From a virus, in IMG/VR virus record IMGVR_UViG_3300046171_000182, positions 1-64,000 of that record: a stretch of DNA of 64,000 nt; one strand, 5' to 3'. A program made the position numbers and the translations under genes. Shown here piece by piece: positions 49,255-57,013 of this stretch (position 1 is the first letter of the stretch; each line of letters opens with the position of its first letter). Under the pieces are notes generated by a model. It ran no database searches, had not been told where the DNA came from, and worked only from the letters and a program-made list of their open reading frames with translations.

Positions 49255-49720
49255 ATTTAACGCAAAAGATATTGATCCAGTATCTTTAAGAAATAGAGCT
49301 AAAAATGAGGCTAACGCAATTTGGAATAATCCCAAATCAAGGCGAGGTAGGACTTATAAAAAACTATTAGCCGATTGTATGCTAGGACAGGCTGCTGAAA
49401 TTAATTTATTGAATTGCGGTTATAAAGATAATACTACAAAATATATGGACGTAAAAGAGCCTGATGAAACTACTGTTGAGGTCAAAGTAATTACAAATAA
49501 GAATTTAAGATATGTAGAAGCTTCGGTAAACAATACGTTAGACAGATGCGCAAAACAAAAATTAGCATCGCTGAGTTCACAAGTATATGAATTTGCAAAA
49601 AAGATTTATATGTACACGTGCGATGAAAAAACACCAGACTATAATCTTATTGGTATATACGAATGGAATGATTCTAAAAAACAATTTATTGGTGTACAAA
49701 AATCTAATGATGTGTTATAA
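49235..49720 (+). CDS. Putative PD-(D/E)XK nuclease
   Basis: GQAAE ... YMDV ... VEVK pattern. Confidence 0.45.
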   Translation: MFTKISKFNAKDIDPVSLRNRAKNEANAIWNNPKSRRGRTYKKLLADCMLGQAAEINLLNCGYKDNTTKYMDVKEPDETTVEVKVITNKNLRYVEASVNNTLDRCAKQKLASLSSQVYEFAKKIYMYTCDEKTPDYNLIGIYEWNDSKKQFIGVQKSNDVL

Positions 49721-49721
49721 T
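49693..49721 (+). promoter_or_regulatory. Promoter TGTACA-N17-TATAAT heading the modification island
   Basis: Exact motif and spacing. Confidence 0.75.
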
Positions 49722-49741
49722 AGAGTGAGAAAGGATATGTT

Positions 49742-50086
49742 ATGAAAGAATCACTAAAAGTCCTGCAAGAATGTGCAGAAATTCAAGCAAGAAAATCTAA
49801 CGACTATCAGAACGAAAACTCACGTATTCGTCAAGCTGATTATTATCCACGTGGCGTCATGTCAATTATGGAATTGATTAACACAAAGACTATTCGTCTA
49901 TGGTCTGTACTTGAAGCTATGGAGAATGATCCTAACTATGAGCCTAACTTTGAAGGCGTTGAAGACTCCCTCAAAGATTTAATTAACTATTCTTCGTTTG
50001 CTGTCGCATACGCTCGTGGTAAGATTGACGGTCAAGACCCTAATCGCGATTTCTTAAACAGGACCAGAAAAAATGACAAAGTATGA
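49742..50086 (+). CDS. Nucleotide modification associated domain 1 (DUF1599-like)
   Basis: RKSNDY, K.IRL, VEDSLKDLINY. Confidence 0.75.
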   Translation: MKESLKVLQECAEIQARKSNDYQNENSRIRQADYYPRGVMSIMELINTKTIRLWSVLEAMENDPNYEPNFEGVEDSLKDLINYSSFAVAYARGKIDGQDPNRDFLNRTRKNDKV

Positions 50087-50276
50087 AGAGATAGATTTAT
50101 TAAAAAGAAATATTCATGATTTGCAAAGACAATTGCAGGATGCTTATATTAGAATCAAAGAACTAAATAATGAGATTCCTGATGGAACTGGCCATGGTCC
50201 AGCTATTATAGATGACGGGTGGGCAGACGAAACTGATATTCAAATCATGTCTACTAGTAGAGGACACAACCAATAA
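50073..50276 (+). CDS. Small coiled-coil protein
   Basis: DLQRQLQDAYIRIKEL. Confidence 0.55.
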   Translation: MTKYEEIDLLKRNIHDLQRQLQDAYIRIKELNNEIPDGTGHGPAIIDDGWADETDIQIMSTSRGHNQ

Positions 50277-51058
50277 TGTTAAGAGTTATTGCTGGACCAT
50301 GTCAACACGAATCGCTAGAGCAGTCAATGGAGATTGCCAAGCATTGTAAAGATGTATGCGATAAGTATGATATTGAATACGTCTTTAAAGCTAGTTTTGA
50401 TAAGGCAAATAGAACATCTCTTAATGGTGAACGAGGACTAGGTCTGGTGCCAACAGCATATAGTTTTATAGATATTAAACAAGAGATTCCTGGCTTAAAA
50501 ACATTAACAGATGTTCATAGTGTTGAACAAATCAGAACGATTAGAAATCAGTTTAATTCTTGTATTGATGTATTACAGATACCAGCATTCTTATGTAGAC
50601 AAACTGATATAATTAGAGAAGCTTGTCGTACAGATAAGATAGTTAATATTAAGAAAGGCCAGTTCTTGGCACCTTGGGATGTAGCTGGCATTCTAAGTAA
50701 AACAAAAGATGCTAAAGAAGTCTGGATAACAGAAAGAGGATCGAGTTTTGGTTATAATAATCTTGTTGTTGATTTTAATGGTTTGCAGTACATGCTTGAT
50801 AACTATAGCGTTCCGATTGTATTTGATGCAACACACTCGTGCCAGAAACCTGGTGGAAGCGGTGAAAGTTCAGGTGGCAATCGTGCTTGGGTCCCAGGGC
50901 TTACTCGTGCTGCTTCTGCTATGGGTGTATCTAACTTCTTCTTAGAAGTACATCCAGATCCAGATAACGCACCATCCGATGGACCAAATATGTTAAAACT
51001 AGAAGACTTCGATAGAGTTATAGAAAAAATAGTGGAGTGTAATTATGATCGCGGGTAA
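50276..51058 (+). CDS. kdsA: KDO-8-phosphate synthase
   Basis: IAGPC, FKASFDKANRTS, QIPAFLCRQTD, KKGQF, ERG, DATHS, EVHPDP..A.SDG. Confidence 0.93.
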   Translation: MLRVIAGPCQHESLEQSMEIAKHCKDVCDKYDIEYVFKASFDKANRTSLNGERGLGLVPTAYSFIDIKQEIPGLKTLTDVHSVEQIRTIRNQFNSCIDVLQIPAFLCRQTDIIREACRTDKIVNIKKGQFLAPWDVAGILSKTKDAKEVWITERGSSFGYNNLVVDFNGLQYMLDNYSVPIVFDATHSCQKPGGSGESSGGNRAWVPGLTRAASAMGVSNFFLEVHPDPDNAPSDGPNMLKLEDFDRVIEKIVECNYDRG

Positions 51059-51386
51059 AGTTTGGGGTAATACGGAGCTGATAGAAGCAAACGGCGCTCT
51101 AGAGTTTCATAGAATTGAAATGAATAAAGGCGGTGTTTGTTCTAAGCACCTGCATGAGTTTAAATGGAATGGATTCTATGTTGAGTCTGGTCGTATGCTT
51201 ATTCGCGTATGGCAAAAAGATTATGATTTAGTAGACGAAACAATATTAGACCCAGGTGATTATACTAAAGTTAAACCTGGCGTCTATCATCAATTTGAAT
51301 GTTTAGAATCTGGAGTCGCTTTTGAATTGTATTGGGCAGAATTTAATCATAACGACATTAAGAGAGAAACTGTTGGTCATGCATGA
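51045..51386 (+). CDS. Cupin-domain protein
   Basis: GKVWG, CSKHLH, PGVYHQF, FELYW. Confidence 0.75.
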   Translation: MIAGKVWGNTELIEANGALEFHRIEMNKGGVCSKHLHEFKWNGFYVESGRMLIRVWQKDYDLVDETILDPGDYTKVKPGVYHQFECLESGVAFELYWAEFNHNDIKRETVGHA

Positions 51387-51964
51387 AAGTAAGTGATGCT
51401 GCAACTCACGTAAAATATTATGCTAGTCATCAAATGATGATTACAAAATTGCAAACCTTTAATGATATAACATATACTGCCGGAGCAGAACAAAGTTTAA
51501 GGATATTGCAATTAAATATGGAAAGGCTTAATTGGTTCCTTGGAGATGTAAGAATACCTAAATTTAATTATACTGTCGACTTTGATAAAAATCAAATAAC
51601 TACTTATTCTGAATACATGTTTGGTACTCAAATACACCCAAGAATTGCATATGAAAATAAAGATGTTATTTATGATAGTATGGTAAACAGCGATCAAACA
51701 TGGTTTTATCAAGAAGGAATAAATACGAAACTAGTCGATTGGCCTCTGCACAAACGTTCTATGTTAATGAGAACTAAAAAAAGTAAAAATTATGGTTTTA
51801 AAGATTACTCATTAGAAAATTTTATTATAAGAGGAACTAAACCATTAGGAAAAGATGAACCACCTTGGAATATTGCATATGTAGATTTAGAAGCTTTTTG
51901 TGAATGTACAAATGATGATCGCAAAAAAGCATTTAAATTTTATGAAGGGGCTATAATTTTATGA
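51383..51964 (+). CDS. Protein-kinase-like fold protein (putative small-molecule kinase)
   Basis: RIP, YSEY, FKDYSLENFI (DxxxxN), YVDLE. Confidence 0.45.
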   Translation: MKVSDAATHVKYYASHQMMITKLQTFNDITYTAGAEQSLRILQLNMERLNWFLGDVRIPKFNYTVDFDKNQITTYSEYMFGTQIHPRIAYENKDVIYDSMVNSDQTWFYQEGINTKLVDWPLHKRSMLMRTKKSKNYGFKDYSLENFIIRGTKPLGKDEPPWNIAYVDLEAFCECTNDDRKKAFKFYEGAIIL

Positions 51965-51976
51965 AGGGGGCTATAA
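51938..51976 (+). repeat. Tandem duplication TTTTATGAAGGGG(G)CTATAA x2
   Basis: Directly visible; includes the RBS of the next gene. Confidence 0.85.
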
Positions 51977-51977
51977 C

Positions 51978-52400
51978 ATGAAAGTAGGATTTACAGCTTC
52001 AACTTTTGATTTACTTCATGCAGGACATGTGGCAATGTTGCGTGAGGCAAAATCAGTTTGTGATTATTTAATTTGTGGTTTGCAGGTAGATCCTACATTG
52101 GATAGACCTAGAAAGAATCGACCTGTTCAATCAATTGTAGAACGACAAGCACAATTAGCCGCAATAAAATATGTCGATGAAGTAATTATTTATTGTACAG
52201 AAGAAGAATTATGTGATATAATAAACATGTATCCAATTGACGTAAGGATATTGGGTGAAGAGTATAGAGACAAAGATTTTACTGGTAAGGATGAATGTCG
52301 CAAACGTGGCATTCAACTTTACTTTAATAAACGAGACCATAGGTTCTCGACGTCTGATTTAAGGAAAAGAGTACAGTATGCAAATGACAGCAGTCCGTGA
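51978..52400 (+). CDS. TagD-like cytidylyltransferase
   Basis: STFDLLHAGH, ER..QL.AIKYVDE, RDHRFSTS.LR. Confidence 0.88.
   Translation: MKVGFTASTFDLLHAGHVAMLREAKSVCDYLICGLQVDPTLDRPRKNRPVQSIVERQAQLAAIKYVDEVIIYCTEEELCDIINMYPIDVRILGEEYRDKDFTGKDECRKRGIQLYFNKRDHRFSTSDLRKRVQYANDSSP
52194..52222 (+). promoter_or_regulatory. Gene-internal promoter TGTACA-N17-TATAAT upstream of the gp42-like gene
   Basis: Exact motif and spacing. Confidence 0.65.
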
Positions 52401-53061
52401 TATTCGTCAATATTTTATTGATGAACTAAAAGACGAAGCTTTTACAATTGATAAGACCGGCGCTAAGACAATAGAAATGCTTGGCGCATCTTTCATTGCT
52501 GATGAGGCAGCCATATTTGGAACAGTTAGTTATGATTATGTTCAAGAAGAATTAGACTGGTATGATAGCCAGTCTACAAACATTAACGACATTCGTGATA
52601 ATCCACCAAAAGCCTGGGAGTATGCTGCAAATACTCATGGTGAAATTAATTCTAATTACGGACATCTTATTTTTTCAGACAAATATTATAACCAATATGG
52701 CTGCGTGCTGGATGAATTACTAGAAAATCCTGACGGTCGACGTGCTTCCATGATTTACAATAGACCGTCTATTTGGATGGAGTATAATGAAAATGGAAAA
52801 TCGGATTTTATTTGTACTAACAGCGTCACTTACTATATTCGTGATAGTATTCTACATTCTGTAGTTCAGATGCGTTCTAATGATGTGGTGTTTGGATATA
52901 AGAATGATTACGCGTGGCAACGTGAGGTAATGAAAAGATTAGTCAGAGATTATAATGCTCTAAGTACTTACGATACAGGTAATATAATTGAAGAAGGTCA
53001 CATTACTTGGCAAGTACAAAACTTGCACGTCTATGAAAAGCACTTTAACCTTGTCAAGTAA
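52378..53061 (+). CDS. gp42: dCMP hydroxymethylase (T4 gp42-type, thymidylate synthase fold)
   Basis: INSNYG, SDFICTN, MRSNDVVFGYKNDYAWQ with the Asp that specifies dCMP, LHVYEKHF. Confidence 0.85.
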   Translation: MQMTAVRDIRQYFIDELKDEAFTIDKTGAKTIEMLGASFIADEAAIFGTVSYDYVQEELDWYDSQSTNINDIRDNPPKAWEYAANTHGEINSNYGHLIFSDKYYNQYGCVLDELLENPDGRRASMIYNRPSIWMEYNENGKSDFICTNSVTYYIRDSILHSVVQMRSNDVVFGYKNDYAWQREVMKRLVRDYNALSTYDTGNIIEEGHITWQVQNLHVYEKHFNLVK

Positions 53062-53506
53062 GTGGGATCACCGCTATTTAGAGTTAGCGCGCGCGGTTGG
53101 TACCTGGTCTAAGGATCCTTCCACAAGAATAGGAGCTATTGCTGTTGGAATTAAAGGACAGGTATTGGCTCAGGGATATAACGGATTGCCTAGAGGAGTT
53201 TCTGATTCTGATGAAAGATACCAGGATCGAGAGACTAAATACAAATACATTGTTCATGCAGAACAAAATTTAATTTATAATGCAACATGGAATGGTGTCT
53301 CCTTAGATCAATCTACTTTATATGTGACTGGGCTTCCTGTTTGTTCTGAGTGTGCTAAAGGCGTTATTCAAGTTGGAATAAAGAGAGTAGTTATGCCAGC
53401 TAGTGAAGACATAAGGGGATGGGGTGATAAGGCACGTTGGAACGATTCGTGGGAATTGTCTGCTTCTATGTTTAAGGAAGCCAACGTGTTATACGAGTTT
53501 ATATAA
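53051..53506 (+). CDS. cd: dCMP deaminase
   Basis: WSKDPST, GYNG.PRG, HAEQN, PVCSECAK; start codon uncertain. Confidence 0.9.
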   Translation: MSSKWDHRYLELARAVGTWSKDPSTRIGAIAVGIKGQVLAQGYNGLPRGVSDSDERYQDRETKYKYIVHAEQNLIYNATWNGVSLDQSTLYVTGLPVCSECAKGVIQVGIKRVVMPASEDIRGWGDKARWNDSWELSASMFKEANVLYEFI

Positions 53507-54084
53507 TGGATATGGGATTCAACTCGAGTGTGGAGTTTGTCAAGCTACCAGTAGGATTTAACTTTTGGACTTTTGATAATATACTGTCAGGAGATTTGCC
53601 AAATCAGTTACTGGAAGACAGCAATCAATTCAACTTTTTTAAATTAGATCAGCGCAGGACATCAAGACCTGACCGTATCTATATGCATGAGTATAATATC
53701 GATAGTTTTAAAACTATCGTGGATTTATTAACCAGTAATGGCACCAAAAAGTATTTTAGTGATATTACAGGTATTGATTACACTCGACAACAGGCTAGAA
53801 TTGAACTATGCAAAGACGCAACTGGAAGTTGGTTAGAGCAACATTGCGATGATCCAGCAAAAACTATGACTTGCCAGATATATCTGAGCAACGCCCCTTC
53901 AAGCACAAAAATTGGAACCTTTGGAAGCAAAGCAAAATTTAATTGTGGTTGGGTCTTTTCCAATACTGGGACTGAACCGCATGGATTACCTCCATTGACA
54001 TTTGATAGAACCAGTATTATCTTAAATTATGTAAGTGAAAACTGGCGTGATAGAGAAGTTTTAATATGAGTTTATATAATGGAT
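53495..54084 (+). repeat. 17-bp direct repeat GAGTTTATATAATGGAT (53495-53511 and 54068-54084) flanking the oxygenase gene
   Basis: Exact match visible; extends to 21 bp with one mismatch. Confidence 0.9.
53506..54069 (+). CDS. 2OG-Fe(II) oxygenase
   Basis: WLEQHCD (HxD), QIYL, PHG, RTSIILNY. Confidence 0.8.
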   Translation: MDMGFNSSVEFVKLPVGFNFWTFDNILSGDLPNQLLEDSNQFNFFKLDQRRTSRPDRIYMHEYNIDSFKTIVDLLTSNGTKKYFSDITGIDYTRQQARIELCKDATGSWLEQHCDDPAKTMTCQIYLSNAPSSTKIGTFGSKAKFNCGWVFSNTGTEPHGLPPLTFDRTSIILNYVSENWRDREVLI

Positions 54085-54174
54085 GATGAAGTATTATTGC
54101 TACTAGCTTTGATGACAGTTATCTTTGGCGGTACGTTAATTATTAATTGGATATTTTGGGGAATAGCCGGATGA
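54079..54174 (+). CDS. 31-aa membrane peptide, not in ORF track
   Basis: MDDEVLLLLALMTVIFGGTLIINWIFWGIAG; ATGA overlap with the next gene. Confidence 0.5.
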   Translation: MDDEVLLLLALMTVIFGGTLIINWIFWGIAG

Positions 54175-55127
54175 ACGTAATTACAAATCCTATATCAAAT
54201 ATTCCGAAGAATGAGAAGTCGCACGTTCATGGTTGGTCGCAGTTGTGGCGTGATCAACTTGGTGCCTTTATTGATCACAAATGTACTCCACGAATAACAA
54301 AAGCAGATGTTGTTTATATAGATCATGGTGCTAACTTTGGCGGTAGTTTAAATTTATTTGGCGGAGCTAATAAAGAAGTTTATGATAGAATCAATCTTGT
54401 AATGTCATGCGAAAACATTGTCTCGTTAGATTGGGATATGCCTGATTATGGGGCAATGTTAAAGAAAAGACTTTCAGCTGAGACAACCTATAAAGATATT
54501 ACAGAAAAGTGGTGTGATTCTATTTCTAAACGAATTAAAAGTATTACGTCTCTTAAGCAGAAAGATTTAAAAACAGATGGTGTTATTTTTGGAGACTCAC
54601 ATACTATCGCTTTTAGTGATGCAGGGGATCGCGTGTATAGGACTGACGGTAAGACTCTTTTTGGTAGTATACGTAAGGGACTTCGACAAGACATACAAGA
54701 ACCATTGGGCCGACTTACCATATCTCTTGGCTCTATTGACATTAGGCATCACATTCTGCGTCACCCTGGCTTTTCTCTTAAATATAACATCAAAGAATAT
54801 GTAAGAGAAGGTAATCAGATGGCTGACGATGTATGGTTTGCTGCTCCGGTTCCTGTAGAGTTTGAAGGAAGACGTATACCTAAATCAGGATTCTACAAGA
54901 AGACTCCATTCTATGGCTCATGGAAAGAGCGTTGGGATCTTACAAACGAATTTATTGAAATGCTTTACGAAGAATCTAAAGGTAAAGTTGTTATGCCGCC
55001 AAAAGAATGGTATACAATGGATCCTGAAAAATACGCAAATACTTATATGGAACACGGTTCTAGTTTTCATATAGCGCCACCATATTATAGACGCAACGAT
55101 TGGGGAGTATCACCTCTTGGCACATAA
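54171..55127 (+). CDS. Two-domain protein: N-terminal region resembling the T4 beta-glucosyltransferase acceptor domain plus C-terminal SGNH-like domain
   Basis: SLNLFGG and SLDWDMP resemble BGT SINFFGG and YLFTDIR (from memory); IFGDSH, GSID, SSFH match SGNH blocks. Confidence 0.5.
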   Translation: MNVITNPISNIPKNEKSHVHGWSQLWRDQLGAFIDHKCTPRITKADVVYIDHGANFGGSLNLFGGANKEVYDRINLVMSCENIVSLDWDMPDYGAMLKKRLSAETTYKDITEKWCDSISKRIKSITSLKQKDLKTDGVIFGDSHTIAFSDAGDRVYRTDGKTLFGSIRKGLRQDIQEPLGRLTISLGSIDIRHHILRHPGFSLKYNIKEYVREGNQMADDVWFAAPVPVEFEGRRIPKSGFYKKTPFYGSWKERWDLTNEFIEMLYEESKGKVVMPPKEWYTMDPEKYANTYMEHGSSFHIAPPYYRRNDWGVSPLGT

Positions 55128-56001
55128 CAATCATGTCATAGACGGAATCAATAAAGATATTAATCCATTTTATGGAGATCCAAAAGAGTATTATTTAGAA
55201 CTAGCAAAAGATTGGGAGGATCCATATGGAATACCTAATATTACTGAGCATAGCGGGATTCGTGTTGTTCGCGACGATTCTCTTGTTGGTAGTAAGGTTA
55301 GGGGCGGCGATTGCCTCATTAGTAGTTTGGGCTCTCACATTGACACTATCGTTTATGTTCAACCTCGCACTGGTCTTGCCGGTGTTAGTATACTTGACGT
55401 CGCCAAACGACATGGAAAAGATGTCATGCTCTTCATGCCCTCAAGTAAACGCATCAGCGATCACCAAGCCTGCTGTATTGAACGGGGAGCACGTACTAGT
55501 TTTCATAGAATAGCAGCTATGCCTAATTTAAATCTAATTGCAAAGAAATGGGCAGATGAAAGAAAGAATGCTTTCTTTGTACCGTTAGGCTTAAAACATG
55601 AAATGGTAACAGCAGGCATTGTAAAGGCTGCTTCTAAGATAAGAGAACCTGAAGAAGTATACACTGCCACGTCCACGGGCGTGCTCACACGGGGGCTGCA
55701 GATTGCTTGGCCTAATGCCAAGTTTACTTCCGTCTGCGTGTCTCGTAATATGAAAGCTGGTGAATTAGGTATTGCAGAAGCCGTATCAGAGCCATTGGCG
55801 TTTACGGCTTCAGAGAAAAAAGACAATCTTCCGCCATTCCCGACTATAGATACCTACGATGGTAAGGTATGGAAATATATTCCAAAGAATACAGGACGTG
55901 ATATTTTATTCTGGAACGTAGGCAAAGAACCGATATTGCAAAATTCAGGTTTACCGGATACCATAGATTCATATAGAGATTGGGAAAAGAATGTGGCTTA
56001 A
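55117..56001 (+). CDS. Fold-type II PLP-dependent enzyme
   Basis: VVRDD..VGSKVR (PLP Lys), STGVLTRGL, YDGKVW, LFWNVG. Confidence 0.8.
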   Translation: MAHNNHVIDGINKDINPFYGDPKEYYLELAKDWEDPYGIPNITEHSGIRVVRDDSLVGSKVRGGDCLISSLGSHIDTIVYVQPRTGLAGVSILDVAKRHGKDVMLFMPSSKRISDHQACCIERGARTSFHRIAAMPNLNLIAKKWADERKNAFFVPLGLKHEMVTAGIVKAASKIREPEEVYTATSTGVLTRGLQIAWPNAKFTSVCVSRNMKAGELGIAEAVSEPLAFTASEKKDNLPPFPTIDTYDGKVWKYIPKNTGRDILFWNVGKEPILQNSGLPDTIDSYRDWEKNVA

Positions 56002-57007
56002 CGAAGAAGCAATTGATGTTCTCGTAAATTATTATTATCCGAAGGCCGGATGGTTGCAAGACAATGTAAACTGGGGACCTTTAGATTATGAAGGTCCTGA
56101 AGCAAATGAAATTGTTAATGATCCGCTTCTGCAAAAGATTGACATCTATGATTGTAAAACAAGAAACGCTGCAGGCTTCTCAAACGTATTACAAGATCTG
56201 AGGTTCGGATCTAAAACTCCTAAATGGAGATGGCAGAAAGAAGATAGACGTAAGATCTCAGCATCTAATGATAATATTAGTTGGTCAATTGAAACGTGGC
56301 TATACACATTTCTCTGTCATCGAATTACTGGGTCAGGTGCTTCATTTGAAAACGATCATGGTTATCGTAATAATATAATTCAGCATTGGGGTAAGCACAG
56401 AGACATTAAAGATATGGCAGAGGATTTGGTAGAGACTAAAGCCTCTGGAAAACCAATGTTTACATCTATCGGCAATCAACCTCCGGCTCCTAAGAAAGGA
56501 GTTAGTAATGTTGACTTTATGGTAAATGAATTGCCAGAAGTTATCAATAGATTTACAGATTTTCTTCTCTTAAAAAGAAGAGGCCACAAAGAAATTGTAG
56601 ATCATCTAAATGAACATAATAAAAAAGCAGGTCATCGTAAATTTAATTTTCAGTATGCTGCTTTCTCTATGGATTGCTCTGACTATTTTCCTGAACACGC
56701 TGATGTGGATTCTCATACATATTTAGGAAACAACGCAGTACGATGTATGAAAAAATTATCTAAAGGTTGGAAAGATGACGACTTTATGGATCTACTAAGA
56801 GAAAAAACTGGCGGTAAACCAAAAGACCTCGAAGATGTTATGTGTGATTTTGTTCGGTTTGGACAGAATTATGTGCCACGAGGTAATGGAACATTCGATC
56901 ATATTCCTTCAACATTAGCTAATGCATCTGGATGGGAATCTGGATGGGAACAAAGACAAGGCCATCCGCCTATAAAAGGTTTACAATTAGATGAATTTAT
57001 GGTATAA
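55991..57007 (+). CDS. Amino acid:DNA transferase-like protein (aGPT-pyrophosphorylase / HhH glycosylase-like family)
   Basis: HRITGS, MFTS, FQYAAF.MD, GNNAVRCM, LEDVMCDFVRF resemble the F..YQ..D / GPGA / E..LCE..K motifs; adjacent PLP enzyme. Confidence 0.6.
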   Translation: MWLNEEAIDVLVNYYYPKAGWLQDNVNWGPLDYEGPEANEIVNDPLLQKIDIYDCKTRNAAGFSNVLQDLRFGSKTPKWRWQKEDRRKISASNDNISWSIETWLYTFLCHRITGSGASFENDHGYRNNIIQHWGKHRDIKDMAEDLVETKASGKPMFTSIGNQPPAPKKGVSNVDFMVNELPEVINRFTDFLLLKRRGHKEIVDHLNEHNKKAGHRKFNFQYAAFSMDCSDYFPEHADVDSHTYLGNNAVRCMKKLSKGWKDDDFMDLLREKTGGKPKDLEDVMCDFVRFGQNYVPRGNGTFDHIPSTLANASGWESGWEQRQGHPPIKGLQLDEFMV

Positions 57008-57008
57008 T
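56980..57008 (+). promoter_or_regulatory. Promoter TTTACA-N17-TATAAT; transcript would be nearly leaderless (ATG at 57014)
   Basis: Exact motif 5 nt before the start codon; no SD. Confidence 0.7.
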
Positions 57009-57013
57009 AACAT

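Noticed and set aside
52378-53061. Ordinary thymidylate synthase ThyA or dUMP hydroxymethylase
   Set aside because: Has Asp (KNDYAW) rather than the dUMP-specifying Asn, resembles T4 gp42, and ThyX is present separately
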